36,148 nt of DNA from positions 1 through 36,148 of the IMG/VR virus record IMGVR_UViG_3300045988_151421, one strand, 5' to 3'. Source of the DNA: a virus. Every line of letters starts with the position of its first letter. The first letter of the stretch is position 1. Both the position numbers and the translations under genes were made by a program. A model generated the notes under the pieces. It did not search any database, was not told where the DNA came from, and saw nothing but the letters and a program-made list of their open reading frames with translations. Below are positions 29,112-36,148 of this stretch, one piece after another.

Positions 29112-29342
29112 TTAACATATCTCTTCTCCTAAAATTAAATTTTTATGTGTTTTTAACCATTCTTCTTTATAACTTTTTAATTCTGTTTCTGCTTGTTTCT
29201 TTGTTTTGTAACAATTTCCTTCTGCGATTCTGACTCTATCTAAATCATCACAATTTTGCCTTTTTAGAATAATTGGTTCACAACCTACACAATGACTTAT
29301 ATGATAATAATTTTCTCCAAATTCAGGTGTATATTTATTCAT
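29112..29342 (-). CDS. Small phage protein of unknown function
   Basis: 76 aa; EGNCYKTKKQAETELKSYKEEW. Confidence 0.55.
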   Translation of the reverse strand: MNKYTPEFGENYYHISHCVGCEPIILKRQNCDDLDRVRIAEGNCYKTKKQAETELKSYKEEWLKTHKNLILGEEIC

Positions 29343-29361
29343 CTTTTCCTCCTGCTTTATC

Positions 29362-29757
29362 TTAATAAAAATACATATTCACTCTATGTTTATAGCAAAA
29401 CTGTAACATACTTAACCACAATGAATGTATTGTATATTTATTGCTATAATACAAATCCTGTATGTTTAACTTTCTTAATTCATTATAAATTTTTTTACAT
29501 TCTTTTGGTGTTAGCTTTCCATCGCAATCACTATGCCACAAAAATATATCTAAATCGTCATTGCATAGCTGATTCCATTGTTTAATCTCATCATCTGTAA
29601 ATTCATATTTAGGAGTTAAATAAGGTTTTTCATAAATTTCTCCTAATGTTTTATTAAAAGCTTTAGCAACTTCCATTCTATAACTGCCAAATCTCACATA
29701 TCCACCATGATATGTATCTTCTCTTTTTAATCCTTTTATATGAATATCTAATCCCAT
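29362..29757 (-). CDS. Phage hypothetical protein
   Basis: 131 aa; MGLDIHIKG...FLWHSDCDGKLTPKECKKIYNEL. Confidence 0.6.
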   Translation of the reverse strand: MGLDIHIKGLKREDTYHGGYVRFGSYRMEVAKAFNKTLGEIYEKPYLTPKYEFTDDEIKQWNQLCNDDLDIFLWHSDCDGKLTPKECKKIYNELRKLNIQDLYYSNKYTIHSLWLSMLQFCYKHRVNMYFY

Positions 29758-29766
29758 TATTTTCTC

Positions 29767-29979
29767 CTATATTATGATTTTATTTTCTATAAATTCAACA
29801 TCAATTATCTCTTCGCCGTATACTCCTGATTTCCATTGTTTTATGCTCACTTCCTCATCTTCAACATTAGCTATATCACTATAAAATAGTTGTACTTCTT
29901 TTATTCCTTTTTTTCTCATTATAGCTTTTAAAATTGTTTTTAATGTTTCTGCATCTACTTTATTTTTTCTTATTTTCAT
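29767..29979 (-). CDS. Small phage protein of unknown function
   Basis: 70-aa ORF in the same operon. Confidence 0.45.
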   Translation of the reverse strand: MKIRKNKVDAETLKTILKAIMRKKGIKEVQLFYSDIANVEDEEVSIKQWKSGVYGEEIIDVEFIENKIII

Positions 29980-30165
29980 ATTCTAATTTGCCCTCTTTCT
30001 AAATTTTTAAATATAGTCGCACATATTTTTGGTCTTGAATATAACATATCTTATATTCTGTTACTTTCGCGAATTTTACCAATCTATATTTGTATATATA
30101 ATTTGCTGTCTCTCATCTTTTGAATATAACGTTGTTATTTTATGTTACATTCATTATTCTTTTAT

Positions 30166-30714
30166 TTAAAAATATCGCATTTTTTTCATAACATTATTAT
30201 TTTTTTCTTGTGTAATTCCTATATATCTTAACGTTATGTTTTCGCTACTATGGTTAAATATATCCATAAGCATACCTATATTTTTTTCCGATTGTTCGTA
30301 TAAAAACAAGCCAAACGTCTTTCGTAAAGTATGTGTCCCAACATTATATACTCCACAATCATTACAAGCAGTTTTTATTATTGTATAAGCTCTTTCTCTT
30401 GTTATAGCTTGATTTTTCCCTTTACGGGATTTAAATAAAAATTCATCTGGATCTTTTTCAACTATATATTTTTCTAACTCTTTTTTTAGATGCGGATTCC
30501 AATCATATGTTTTTTGTTTTTTGGTTTTCTTTTCTCTTATTCCGTAATATTTGTTATAGCAATCTCTTACTCTAAACTTTAAGATATCTGAAATTCTTAG
30601 TCCTGTATATATACCGAAAAGGAATAATAATGCATCTCTATCGTTTTTTTCTTTTAAGTATGTATAAATCTCTTTTACCTTTTCTTGGCTCCTAATTGGC
30701 TCTACAATATTCAT
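30166..30714 (-). CDS. Small catalytic-domain-only tyrosine recombinase
   Basis: GLRISDIL (Arg I), HTLRKTFG (HxxR), NHSSENITLRYIGI (His and Tyr). Confidence 0.8.
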   Translation of the reverse strand: MNIVEPIRSQEKVKEIYTYLKEKNDRDALLFLFGIYTGLRISDILKFRVRDCYNKYYGIREKKTKKQKTYDWNPHLKKELEKYIVEKDPDEFLFKSRKGKNQAITRERAYTIIKTACNDCGVYNVGTHTLRKTFGLFLYEQSEKNIGMLMDIFNHSSENITLRYIGITQEKNNNVMKKMRYF

Positions 30715-30734
30715 ATATTTACCTCTTCTGTTTT

Positions 30735-31118
30735 TTATTGTATTTTATAGTAATTGTCTTCATACTGTTCCTTGGTTAGAATTTCCTTTATATCATTTTG
30801 TGGTATTATTTCATTTGTCGTCCAGTCATCTTCTCCAATTTCAACGTGACAATCATGTAGAAACAATACACGTCTTCCATTTACAAAATCTCCAATTTTG
30901 ATTACACCAATTATTTCTTTACAGTGTTTTTCTATTATTTTTTCTTGTATAAGCCCTTTTTCACATTCTATGTAATGTGGATCATCGAATTTAGGATTTT
31001 TTACTTTGTCAATTCTTCCATCTGTTGTTCTTACATATTCTCCTACTCTCAACATATTATCTAGCTTTTTCATTCTTCTAGTTGCCTTTAATTCATCATC
31101 ATCTAAATCAAACGCCAT
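30735..31118 (-). CDS. Phage hypothetical protein
   Basis: 127 aa; MAFDLDDDELKATRRMKKLDNMLRVGEYVRTTDG. Confidence 0.55.
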   Translation of the reverse strand: MAFDLDDDELKATRRMKKLDNMLRVGEYVRTTDGRIDKVKNPKFDDPHYIECEKGLIQEKIIEKHCKEIIGVIKIGDFVNGRRVLFLHDCHVEIGEDDWTTNEIIPQNDIKEILTKEQYEDNYYKIQ

Positions 31119-31132
31119 AACTTTTTATCCTC

Positions 31133-31462
31133 CTAATATTTTTCATCTTCAAATTCTTTTAGAACTTTGTTTAAACATTTTGAGCATACGGCTATACAAA
31201 ATGTCTTATTCTTTTTTGAAAGTGTCTTTGGTATCATTAGCAAACCGCCTTTTTTATCTTCCCATTTTTTCTCTACTTTAATTTCACACCCACAATTGTC
31301 GCATACATAATACTCATATAGTTTTGTCTTAGGTGTATTAGATAGATGTCTTGCTATACCGGCACTTTCCGAATATTTTATTTGCTTTTCTGGTTTTTCT
31401 CTCAAAATCAACTCATTAATTCTGTTTTTTATCATCAGCTTCCACCTCTTTTTTATTTGCAT
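31133..31462 (-). CDS. Zinc-ribbon-like phage protein (start may be 31435)
   Basis: YYVCDNCGCEIKVEKKW...FCIAVCSKCLNKVL. Confidence 0.6.
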   Translation of the reverse strand: MQIKKRWKLMIKNRINELILREKPEKQIKYSESAGIARHLSNTPKTKLYEYYVCDNCGCEIKVEKKWEDKKGGLLMIPKTLSKKNKTFCIAVCSKCLNKVLKEFEDEKY

Positions 31463-32225
31463 ATAAATCCTCTTGAAAACTTTTAATGCAATAATTCAAG
31501 AATTTGTATGTGTCTTGTATTTGCACATATTTTCTTGCTTTTAAAAATCTAAACATAAACCTTTGCCTAGTTAAATAGTTCAAACAAATCTTGTATGGAC
31601 TAAAATACAGCTCTTTAATTACCCAATATTGAATTTTTAATTCCAACAATTGCTCTTCCGTCATATACTCTAAAATTGTTGGCTCGTCTATATAGAGTTC
31701 CAGTTTTTTCAATATTGCTACAATAGCCTTTTTGTCCGCTTCTACAATGTTTTTGAATTGTGAGCCCTTATTATATATAATATATATAAAATATAAGTTT
31801 AGTTTAGTAATAATGTTAACCTCAGGTTGTACTGTTGCTTGCACTTCTGCTTTACCCTCTGCATATACCTTCGCACTTACTTCCGCCTGTCCTAAAATTC
31901 TATTTTTCTCTTCATAAAGCCTTATAATTGAATACTTTGGGGCTTTATTCTGATTACTGCCCTTTTTGTAAATTATGTACTTTTTCGTAATTAACTCATT
32001 TCGAGCTGTCTGTAATTCTTTTAAAGTCAAACGGAGTTTACTCATAATTGTAGTATTAGCAGCAGTAAATTCATCGGTCCAGTCAGTTTTGTAGGCTATA
32101 TGCAATAAAAAATTGTATATTGATATAGCCTTCGTTGACAATGGCCTGAAATCTACTAAAGAATAGAACGCATCGAGCTGTTTTTCATAATCTATTGTTG
32201 TGATTTTCTGTTGTTCCTCAAACAT
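31416..32225 (-). CDS. Putative replication initiator / wHTH protein
   Basis: 269 aa; LSTKAISIYNFLLHIAYKTDWTDEFTAANTTIMSKLRLTLKELQTARNELITKKYIIYKKG (wHTH pattern). Confidence 0.5.
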   Translation of the reverse strand: MFEEQQKITTIDYEKQLDAFYSLVDFRPLSTKAISIYNFLLHIAYKTDWTDEFTAANTTIMSKLRLTLKELQTARNELITKKYIIYKKGSNQNKAPKYSIIRLYEEKNRILGQAEVSAKVYAEGKAEVQATVQPEVNIITKLNLYFIYIIYNKGSQFKNIVEADKKAIVAILKKLELYIDEPTILEYMTEEQLLELKIQYWVIKELYFSPYKICLNYLTRQRFMFRFLKARKYVQIQDTYKFLNYCIKSFQEDLYANKKEVEADDKKQN

Positions 32226-32303
32226 TTTTTCTCCTCTCTTGACTTCTTTACTAAAAATTTGTATAATAAATAAGAATTTGTTTATAAATTCAGTTGATAT
32301 GAG

Positions 32304-32549
32304 TTAGTATTTGATTCCAGTTTCTGCTAACTCTTTTATTTTTGCTCTAAATTCATTTATTGACTTGTAACTATTACTATTACATTCATCTAATATTTTT
32401 AGTAAAAAAGCTTGTTTTCTATCAATTCTCTGATATTGTTCATTTATTAAATATTCTCTGTTGTCTAGATCTAATTTCATCATTTGACATTGACACTCTA
32501 AGTCAATCTTTTTTATTTTGCACTTTTCTTTTAATTTGTTAAATAACAT
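32304..32549 (-). CDS. Small coiled-coil phage protein
   Basis: 81-aa ORF. Confidence 0.5.
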   Translation of the reverse strand: MLFNKLKEKCKIKKIDLECQCQMMKLDLDNREYLINEQYQRIDRKQAFLLKILDECNSNSYKSINEFRAKIKELAETGIKY

Positions 32550-32562
32550 CTCATTTTTCTCC

Positions 32563-32727
32563 TTATCTTAATAACAAATTCGATTTATTCATAATAAATT
32601 TATAAATACTGAATCCACTTGATTTATACACAACAATTTGTATCATCAATAAAAATAAAGTAAATCTTACTGTCTCCATTGAAAAATATAAAATGAAAAA
32701 TAATATTTCAAATATACTGTACATCTG
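32563..32727 (-). CDS. Small membrane protein (54 aa from the internal ATG)
   Basis: The AAAGGAG Shine-Dalgarno is best spaced for the second ATG (MYSIFEILFFILYF...); highly hydrophobic. Confidence 0.45.
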   Translation of the reverse strand, partial: QMYSIFEILFFILYFSMETVRFTLFLLMIQIVVYKSSGFSIYKFIMNKSNLLLR

Positions 32728-32740
32728 CATAGTCTCCTTT

Positions 32741-33004
32741 CTAAATAATTTGTCTTGCAATTTCTCTTAATACTTCTCTTCTGTCTTCTTCTGATAATCC
32801 TATTTCATATAGATAGACAGCTCTTTTATCTGCTAATTGTTTGGTTCCGGTCCCCTTCAGCCTTGGAAACCCTTTGCTATTAAAAATCTCTCTTGCTTTT
32901 TGCGGACTTACTCCTCTTATTTTTGAATATATAATTGGGTTTATTGTATCTGGAGCGTCCTTCCAATTCATAGTAACTTCTTGTCTTGCATTCAAATTAT
33001 TCAT
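32741..33004 (-). CDS. Early DNA-binding-like protein
   Basis: MNWKDAPDTINPIIYSKIRGVSPQKAREIFNSKGFPRLKGTGTKQLADKRAVYLYEIG; HTH-like. Confidence 0.5.
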   Translation of the reverse strand: MNNLNARQEVTMNWKDAPDTINPIIYSKIRGVSPQKAREIFNSKGFPRLKGTGTKQLADKRAVYLYEIGLSEEDRREVLREIARQII

Positions 33005-33032
33005 CTCCCTTCTTCTTAGTATCGAGTCGTGG

Positions 33033-33227
33033 TTATTTCTTTAAAAACTTATTAGCATCTTCATTTAATACATCTATTATTGCAGAAAACTCTGTTACGT
33101 CTAGTCTTCTCTTATCATTTAATGAAGCATTTAGTTTTGGTAAAGCAATTTTTGTTCGCTCTGAAACCCATGTTTGACTTATTCCTTTTTCAATTAAATA
33201 CAATCTTATTCGTTTTCCAACTGACAT
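33033..33227 (-). CDS. Cro-like HTH regulator
   Basis: 64 aa; GKRIRLYLIEKGISQTWVSERTKIALPKLNASLNDKRRLDVTEFSAIIDVL; divergent from the CI-like gene. Confidence 0.75.
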   Translation of the reverse strand: MSVGKRIRLYLIEKGISQTWVSERTKIALPKLNASLNDKRRLDVTEFSAIIDVLNEDANKFLKK

Positions 33228-33244
33228 TTTCTCGCCTCCTTTAT

Positions 33245-33330
33245 TTCAGTTTTTCTGAAATCATTTATATATTATTTCATCTTATCTGAATTGTCAATAC
33301 TTTTTTCAAAATATTTTCAGTTTTTCTGAA
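33245..33330. promoter_or_regulatory. Three operator-like palindromes of the lysogeny switch
   Basis: TTCAG-TTTTT-CTGAA at 33245-33259 and 33316-33330; TTCAT-CTTAT-CTGAA at 33276-33290. Confidence 0.75.
33269..33297 (-). promoter_or_regulatory. Early (cro-direction) promoter
   Basis: Minus strand TTGACA, 17-nt spacer, TAATAT; the middle operator lies in the spacer. Confidence 0.75.
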
Positions 33331-33338
33331 TTTTTTTA

Positions 33339-33367
33339 TTTACTTATCTATAAATATATGCTAGAAT
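33339..33367 (+). promoter_or_regulatory. Repressor promoter
   Basis: TTTACT, 17-nt spacer, TAGAAT with extended -10 TGC. Confidence 0.65.
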
Positions 33368-33396
33368 ATAGTTGTTTAAATAAGAGAGGTGAAATA

Positions 33397-33726
33397 ATGT
33401 TTTTATATAAAAAAATCAAACAAGCTCGTATAGAGAAAAAAATGACTCAAAAACAATTAGCAGAGGAATTAACAAAAAAAGGACGAAAAACTTCAAATAC
33501 AGCAATAGCCAATTGGGAAGCTGGGTTAAATAGTCCTGATGTTGACACGGTACAACTCATATGTCAAATACTTGAGAAAGATGGAAATTATTTTTTTGAT
33601 ACACCGAATGATTTTCGCTATGCTACTCAAAGTGGAATAAGTACAGATGGTCTTGACAAAGATGAAATTGAAGAAATAAATAGGTTTGTTGAATTTATTA
33701 GAAATAAAAAGAAACAAAAAAAATAA
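33397..33726 (+). CDS. CI-like XRE-family repressor
   Basis: FLYKKIKQARIEKKMTQKQLAEELTKKGRKTSNTAIANWEAGLNSPDVDTV; RBS AGAGAGGTG before the ATG at 33397. Confidence 0.8.
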   Translation: MFLYKKIKQARIEKKMTQKQLAEELTKKGRKTSNTAIANWEAGLNSPDVDTVQLICQILEKDGNYFFDTPNDFRYATQSGISTDGLDKDEIEEINRFVEFIRNKKKQKK

Positions 33727-33744
33727 TATAGATTGGAGATTAAT

Positions 33745-34242
33745 ATGAACGTAAAAAGATTTATTTTATGTATTGTCTTAAGTATCTTGATGTTAACACC
33801 TAATTCATTTGCTCAAATAAAACCTTTAAATGAATTTACATCTCAAGAGTTAATTGAATATGGTAGAGAATTAGAAAAGAAAGAGCAGGAACGAAAAGAA
33901 ACAATTGAAAAAGAACAACTCAATGCAAATAAAAAATTTAATGAAGAAGTAAAACAGCAAGAAAAAGAAAAACTTTTTGATACAATAATGCCTATTTTAG
34001 TAATTTGTCTAAACCTAATTATTATTATACTAGGCGTCATATTATACATTCATATTTCTAAGAAACGTAACAGGCACCCAGTATCAAATACTGATAATCA
34101 AAGTAGAAAAAATGTTGTAGACAGTCCATTCAGTTCCACATTTAACGAATTAAGTGAGACAAATAAAAACATTGTAATGAGTACAATATATAGCATGCTT
34201 GCTAAGCAAGAAAAAGAACAAAAAGAAATAACTAAAAAATAA
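33745..34242 (+). CDS. Membrane/signal-peptide moron between repressor and integrase
   Basis: MNVKRFILCIVLSILMLTPNSFAQ leader, central TM IMPILVICLNLIIIILGVILYIHI. Confidence 0.6.
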   Translation: MNVKRFILCIVLSILMLTPNSFAQIKPLNEFTSQELIEYGRELEKKEQERKETIEKEQLNANKKFNEEVKQQEKEKLFDTIMPILVICLNLIIIILGVILYIHISKKRNRHPVSNTDNQSRKNVVDSPFSSTFNELSETNKNIVMSTIYSMLAKQEKEQKEITKK

Positions 34243-34322
34243 AAAAAGGAAAATAGATGTTCAAACCAACCACGACTCGATACATTTATTTTCCCTACTA
34301 TAGGCACTCGAAAGTGACTACA

Positions 34323-34339
34323 TTTGTATTATATACAAA
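34323..34339. promoter_or_regulatory. Palindrome TTTGTAT-TAT-ATACAAA upstream of integrase
   Basis: Perfect 7-bp inverted repeat, 54 nt before the integrase ATG. Confidence 0.5.
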
Positions 34340-34344
34340 CTAAA

Positions 34345-34386
34345 CTCCATTTTCAAGTGTTTAATAAAAAATATTTGAAAATGGAG
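34345..34386 (+). promoter_or_regulatory. 18-bp hairpin sequestering the integrase Shine-Dalgarno
   Basis: CTCCATTTTCAAGTGTTT-AATAAA-AAATATTTGAAAATGGAG; SD GGAGG at 34383-34387, ATG at 34394. Confidence 0.8.
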
Positions 34387-34393
34387 GTTTATT

Positions 34394-35821
34394 ATGCCTA
34401 AAAAATTTGGAAGAAAAGGAAACAAAGAAGGAAGTATTTATAATACTATTCAAAAAATTGATAGAAAAGAAAAAAGATTAAACTTTGTATGTAATACTTG
34501 TAAGAACTGCAATGATTGGTCTATCTGTAATAATAGATCTGGAACAAACAAATGTAAAAAATGTACCGACTGTACTGCTTGTTTGAAAAAAGGAACATGT
34601 GATAGATTTTATTGTTATAACCGATACCCTGCTCAAATCACGCTCGACGATGGTTCTAGAACAACTGTATCTAATGCTAATAGTAGAGTGGAATCTATTG
34701 AACGAAAAAAAGAAGTTGAAGCTCAAATTCAAACAAAAACATATATAAAAAAGAATGGTATAACGATAATTGAAATCCTAAAAAAAATAGGAGATACCAA
34801 ATTTGAGGCTGGCAAAATTATAAAAAACACCAAAGATAAAGACGAATATCACTATAAATATATCGAAAAGTGGGATGATTTTAAACAGCCAGTACAAAAA
34901 GTAACATATAATCAAGTCCAAAATTTTCTCAACTCGATTAGACATTTGTCACAGGGTGAAATAGATAAAATCATAGCAAAATTAAAAAACGGATTTATGC
35001 AATGTGTAATGGATAAAATTATTGCATATCCAGACAACCCTATGTTGCGAATTTATCCACCTGTATCTAATCAACATAAGGAACCTGTACAAGCCTTTGA
35101 GGTTGATGAACAGCAAAAGTTAATGGATTATTTACTTCATAATTCTTTAATAAAAAGTTCTAAATGTAATTATAATGAGACAACATTACGAAACCTATTT
35201 CTCTGTGCCCTTCTTTCTGCTGCACGAATTGGAGAATTAGGAGCTATAAATTTCAATACAGACATTGATTTAAAGAATAGAGAACTCATCATAAATAAAA
35301 CTCTTTCGCGTGATGATGGAAAGATCGTCATGGGTGCTTCCACCAAAACTGGTCGAAAAAAAACACAGCAAGGTTTAATAGATGAAAGACATATACCATT
35401 TGATATTTTTGATAGTGACTTTATGTTTAAAATAATAACCAATCAAATAGAAAATACCAAATTAAATCCAAACAACAAAAACAATTTATTATTTTGTCAA
35501 CTTAACGGTAATTATATAGACACTCGTTGTATTAATAATATTTTTAAAAGGATTTGTAGAGAAGCTCAAATAAAAACAGAACTTATAAAAGGTTGTCATA
35601 TACATATGTGTAGACATACTGCAACAACACGAATGCTTGAAGCAGGAATGGATCTACTTGTCATTGCAGCAATATTAGGACATTCAGATGATAGACAAAT
35701 AAAAGAAACCTATGGGCATATTCTAGCTCGATATAGAAATAAACAACTTCAAGATTGTAGAGATTACTATAAAGAACAACATCTCCATTTTGACTATACC
35801 ATTCCAAATGATTTAGTCTAG
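34394..35821 (+). CDS. int: Tyrosine-type integrase with Cys-rich N-terminal region
   Basis: SAARIGELGAI, HMCRHTATTRMLEAG, LGHSDDRQIKETYGHI; N-terminal 10-Cys cluster. Confidence 0.92.
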   Translation: MPKKFGRKGNKEGSIYNTIQKIDRKEKRLNFVCNTCKNCNDWSICNNRSGTNKCKKCTDCTACLKKGTCDRFYCYNRYPAQITLDDGSRTTVSNANSRVESIERKKEVEAQIQTKTYIKKNGITIIEILKKIGDTKFEAGKIIKNTKDKDEYHYKYIEKWDDFKQPVQKVTYNQVQNFLNSIRHLSQGEIDKIIAKLKNGFMQCVMDKIIAYPDNPMLRIYPPVSNQHKEPVQAFEVDEQQKLMDYLLHNSLIKSSKCNYNETTLRNLFLCALLSAARIGELGAINFNTDIDLKNRELIINKTLSRDDGKIVMGASTKTGRKKTQQGLIDERHIPFDIFDSDFMFKIITNQIENTKLNPNNKNNLLFCQLNGNYIDTRCINNIFKRICREAQIKTELIKGCHIHMCRHTATTRMLEAGMDLLVIAAILGHSDDRQIKETYGHILARYRNKQLQDCRDYYKEQHLHFDYTIPNDLV

Positions 35822-35859
35822 TCTTTATAAGTAATTACCTTAGCAATATTTGATGAATA

Positions 35860-35881
35860 GAGGAAGCTATCACGCCTCCTC
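35860..35881. terminator. Hairpin after integrase
   Basis: GAGGAAGC-TATCAC-GCCTCCTC followed by TTATTTTAAT; fully paired with G.U in minus-strand RNA, one A.C mismatch in plus-strand RNA. Confidence 0.5.
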
Positions 35882-35884
35882 TTA

Positions 35885-35946
35885 TTTTAATGTAATTTAT
35901 TTTTTTAATGCAATTATATTTTTAATTTTAATGCAGTTTTAATGCA
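35885..35946 (-). repeat. Right array of four TTTTAATGCA 10-mers (one is TTTTAATGTA); candidate integrase arm-type sites
   Basis: Copies at 35885-35894, 35903-35912, 35926-35935, 35937-35946. Confidence 0.8.
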
Positions 35947-36011
35947 AATATTGAAAAGCATAATAAAAAATAATAGAAAAAATTATAAAACAATAAAATA
36001 CACAAATAAAA

Positions 36012-36036
36012 AAAGACTTTAATTTAAGCCTTTTTG
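36012..36036. terminator. Possible terminator outside the right array
   Basis: AAAGACTT-TAATTT-AAGCCTTT with A and T runs, one mismatch. Confidence 0.4.
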
Positions 36037-36079
36037 TGAATTAATATAATTTAATACAAAATAATAAAATGCAAAAAAT

Positions 36080-36090
36080 TGGAGCGGGTA
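36080..36090. repeat. TGGAGCGGGTA, inverted copy of tRNA-Gly 3' end (227-237)
   Basis: Exact 11/11 reverse complement of TACCCGCTCCA. Confidence 0.75.
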
Positions 36091-36148
36091 ATCATATATA
36101 CTGGCTATTTTATTGCACAATTTCATATATATCTGCTATCAAATTGCA

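Noticed and set aside
30166-30714. Insertion sequence or transposase
   Set aside because: Residues fit a tyrosine recombinase catalytic domain and no terminal inverted repeats or target duplications were seen around it.
33843-34049. Minus-strand ORFs opposite the moron and integrase (33526-33717, 33843-34049, 34098-34307, 34478-34732, 35170-35442)
   Set aside because: Antisense to well-supported + strand genes; sequences look like translated complements only.
36084-36148. Second tRNA-Gly starting at GCGGGTA
   Set aside because: After GCGGGTA only a scattered TGGCTA match follows; no anticodon arm or T-arm can be folded, so at most it is a remnant.

Overview
The window reads as a nearly complete, AT-rich, Firmicutes-type temperate phage or prophage of about 36 kb with a podovirus-like (P22-type) virion layout. 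A minus-strand late module (785-24312) carries terminase small and large subunits, portal, scaffold, major capsid, head-tail adaptor, a beta-propeller-like neck protein, internal or ejection proteins (including a 2302-aa polyvalent protein), BppU-like and collagen-like tail fibre proteins, holins and an amidase endolysin. The early/accessory module (24.8-33.2 kb, minus strand) carries a DUF2829/Tad2-like (anti-Thoeris) protein, a DUF6275-like protein, a possible HEPN-fold gene bracketed by two matching hairpins, an RtcB-like RNA ligase, a small tyrosine recombinase, a putative replication initiator and a Cro-like gene. A divergent CI/Cro switch with three operator-like palindromes follows, then a membrane-protein moron and a Cys-rich tyrosine integrase on the + strand. 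A tRNA-Gly(TCC) with its own promoter sits at the left end. The most unusual feature is that the two ends carry four copies each of a 10-mer (TGCATTAAAA / TTTTAATGCA). The spacing (11, 23, 18) is exactly mirrored, and both arrays face an 11-nt inverted match to the tRNA-Gly 3' end. A 40-aa Spo0E-like ORF missed by the ORF track and an 18-bp hairpin that sequesters the integrase Shine-Dalgarno are also notable. All family calls come from reading the sequence; no database search was run.
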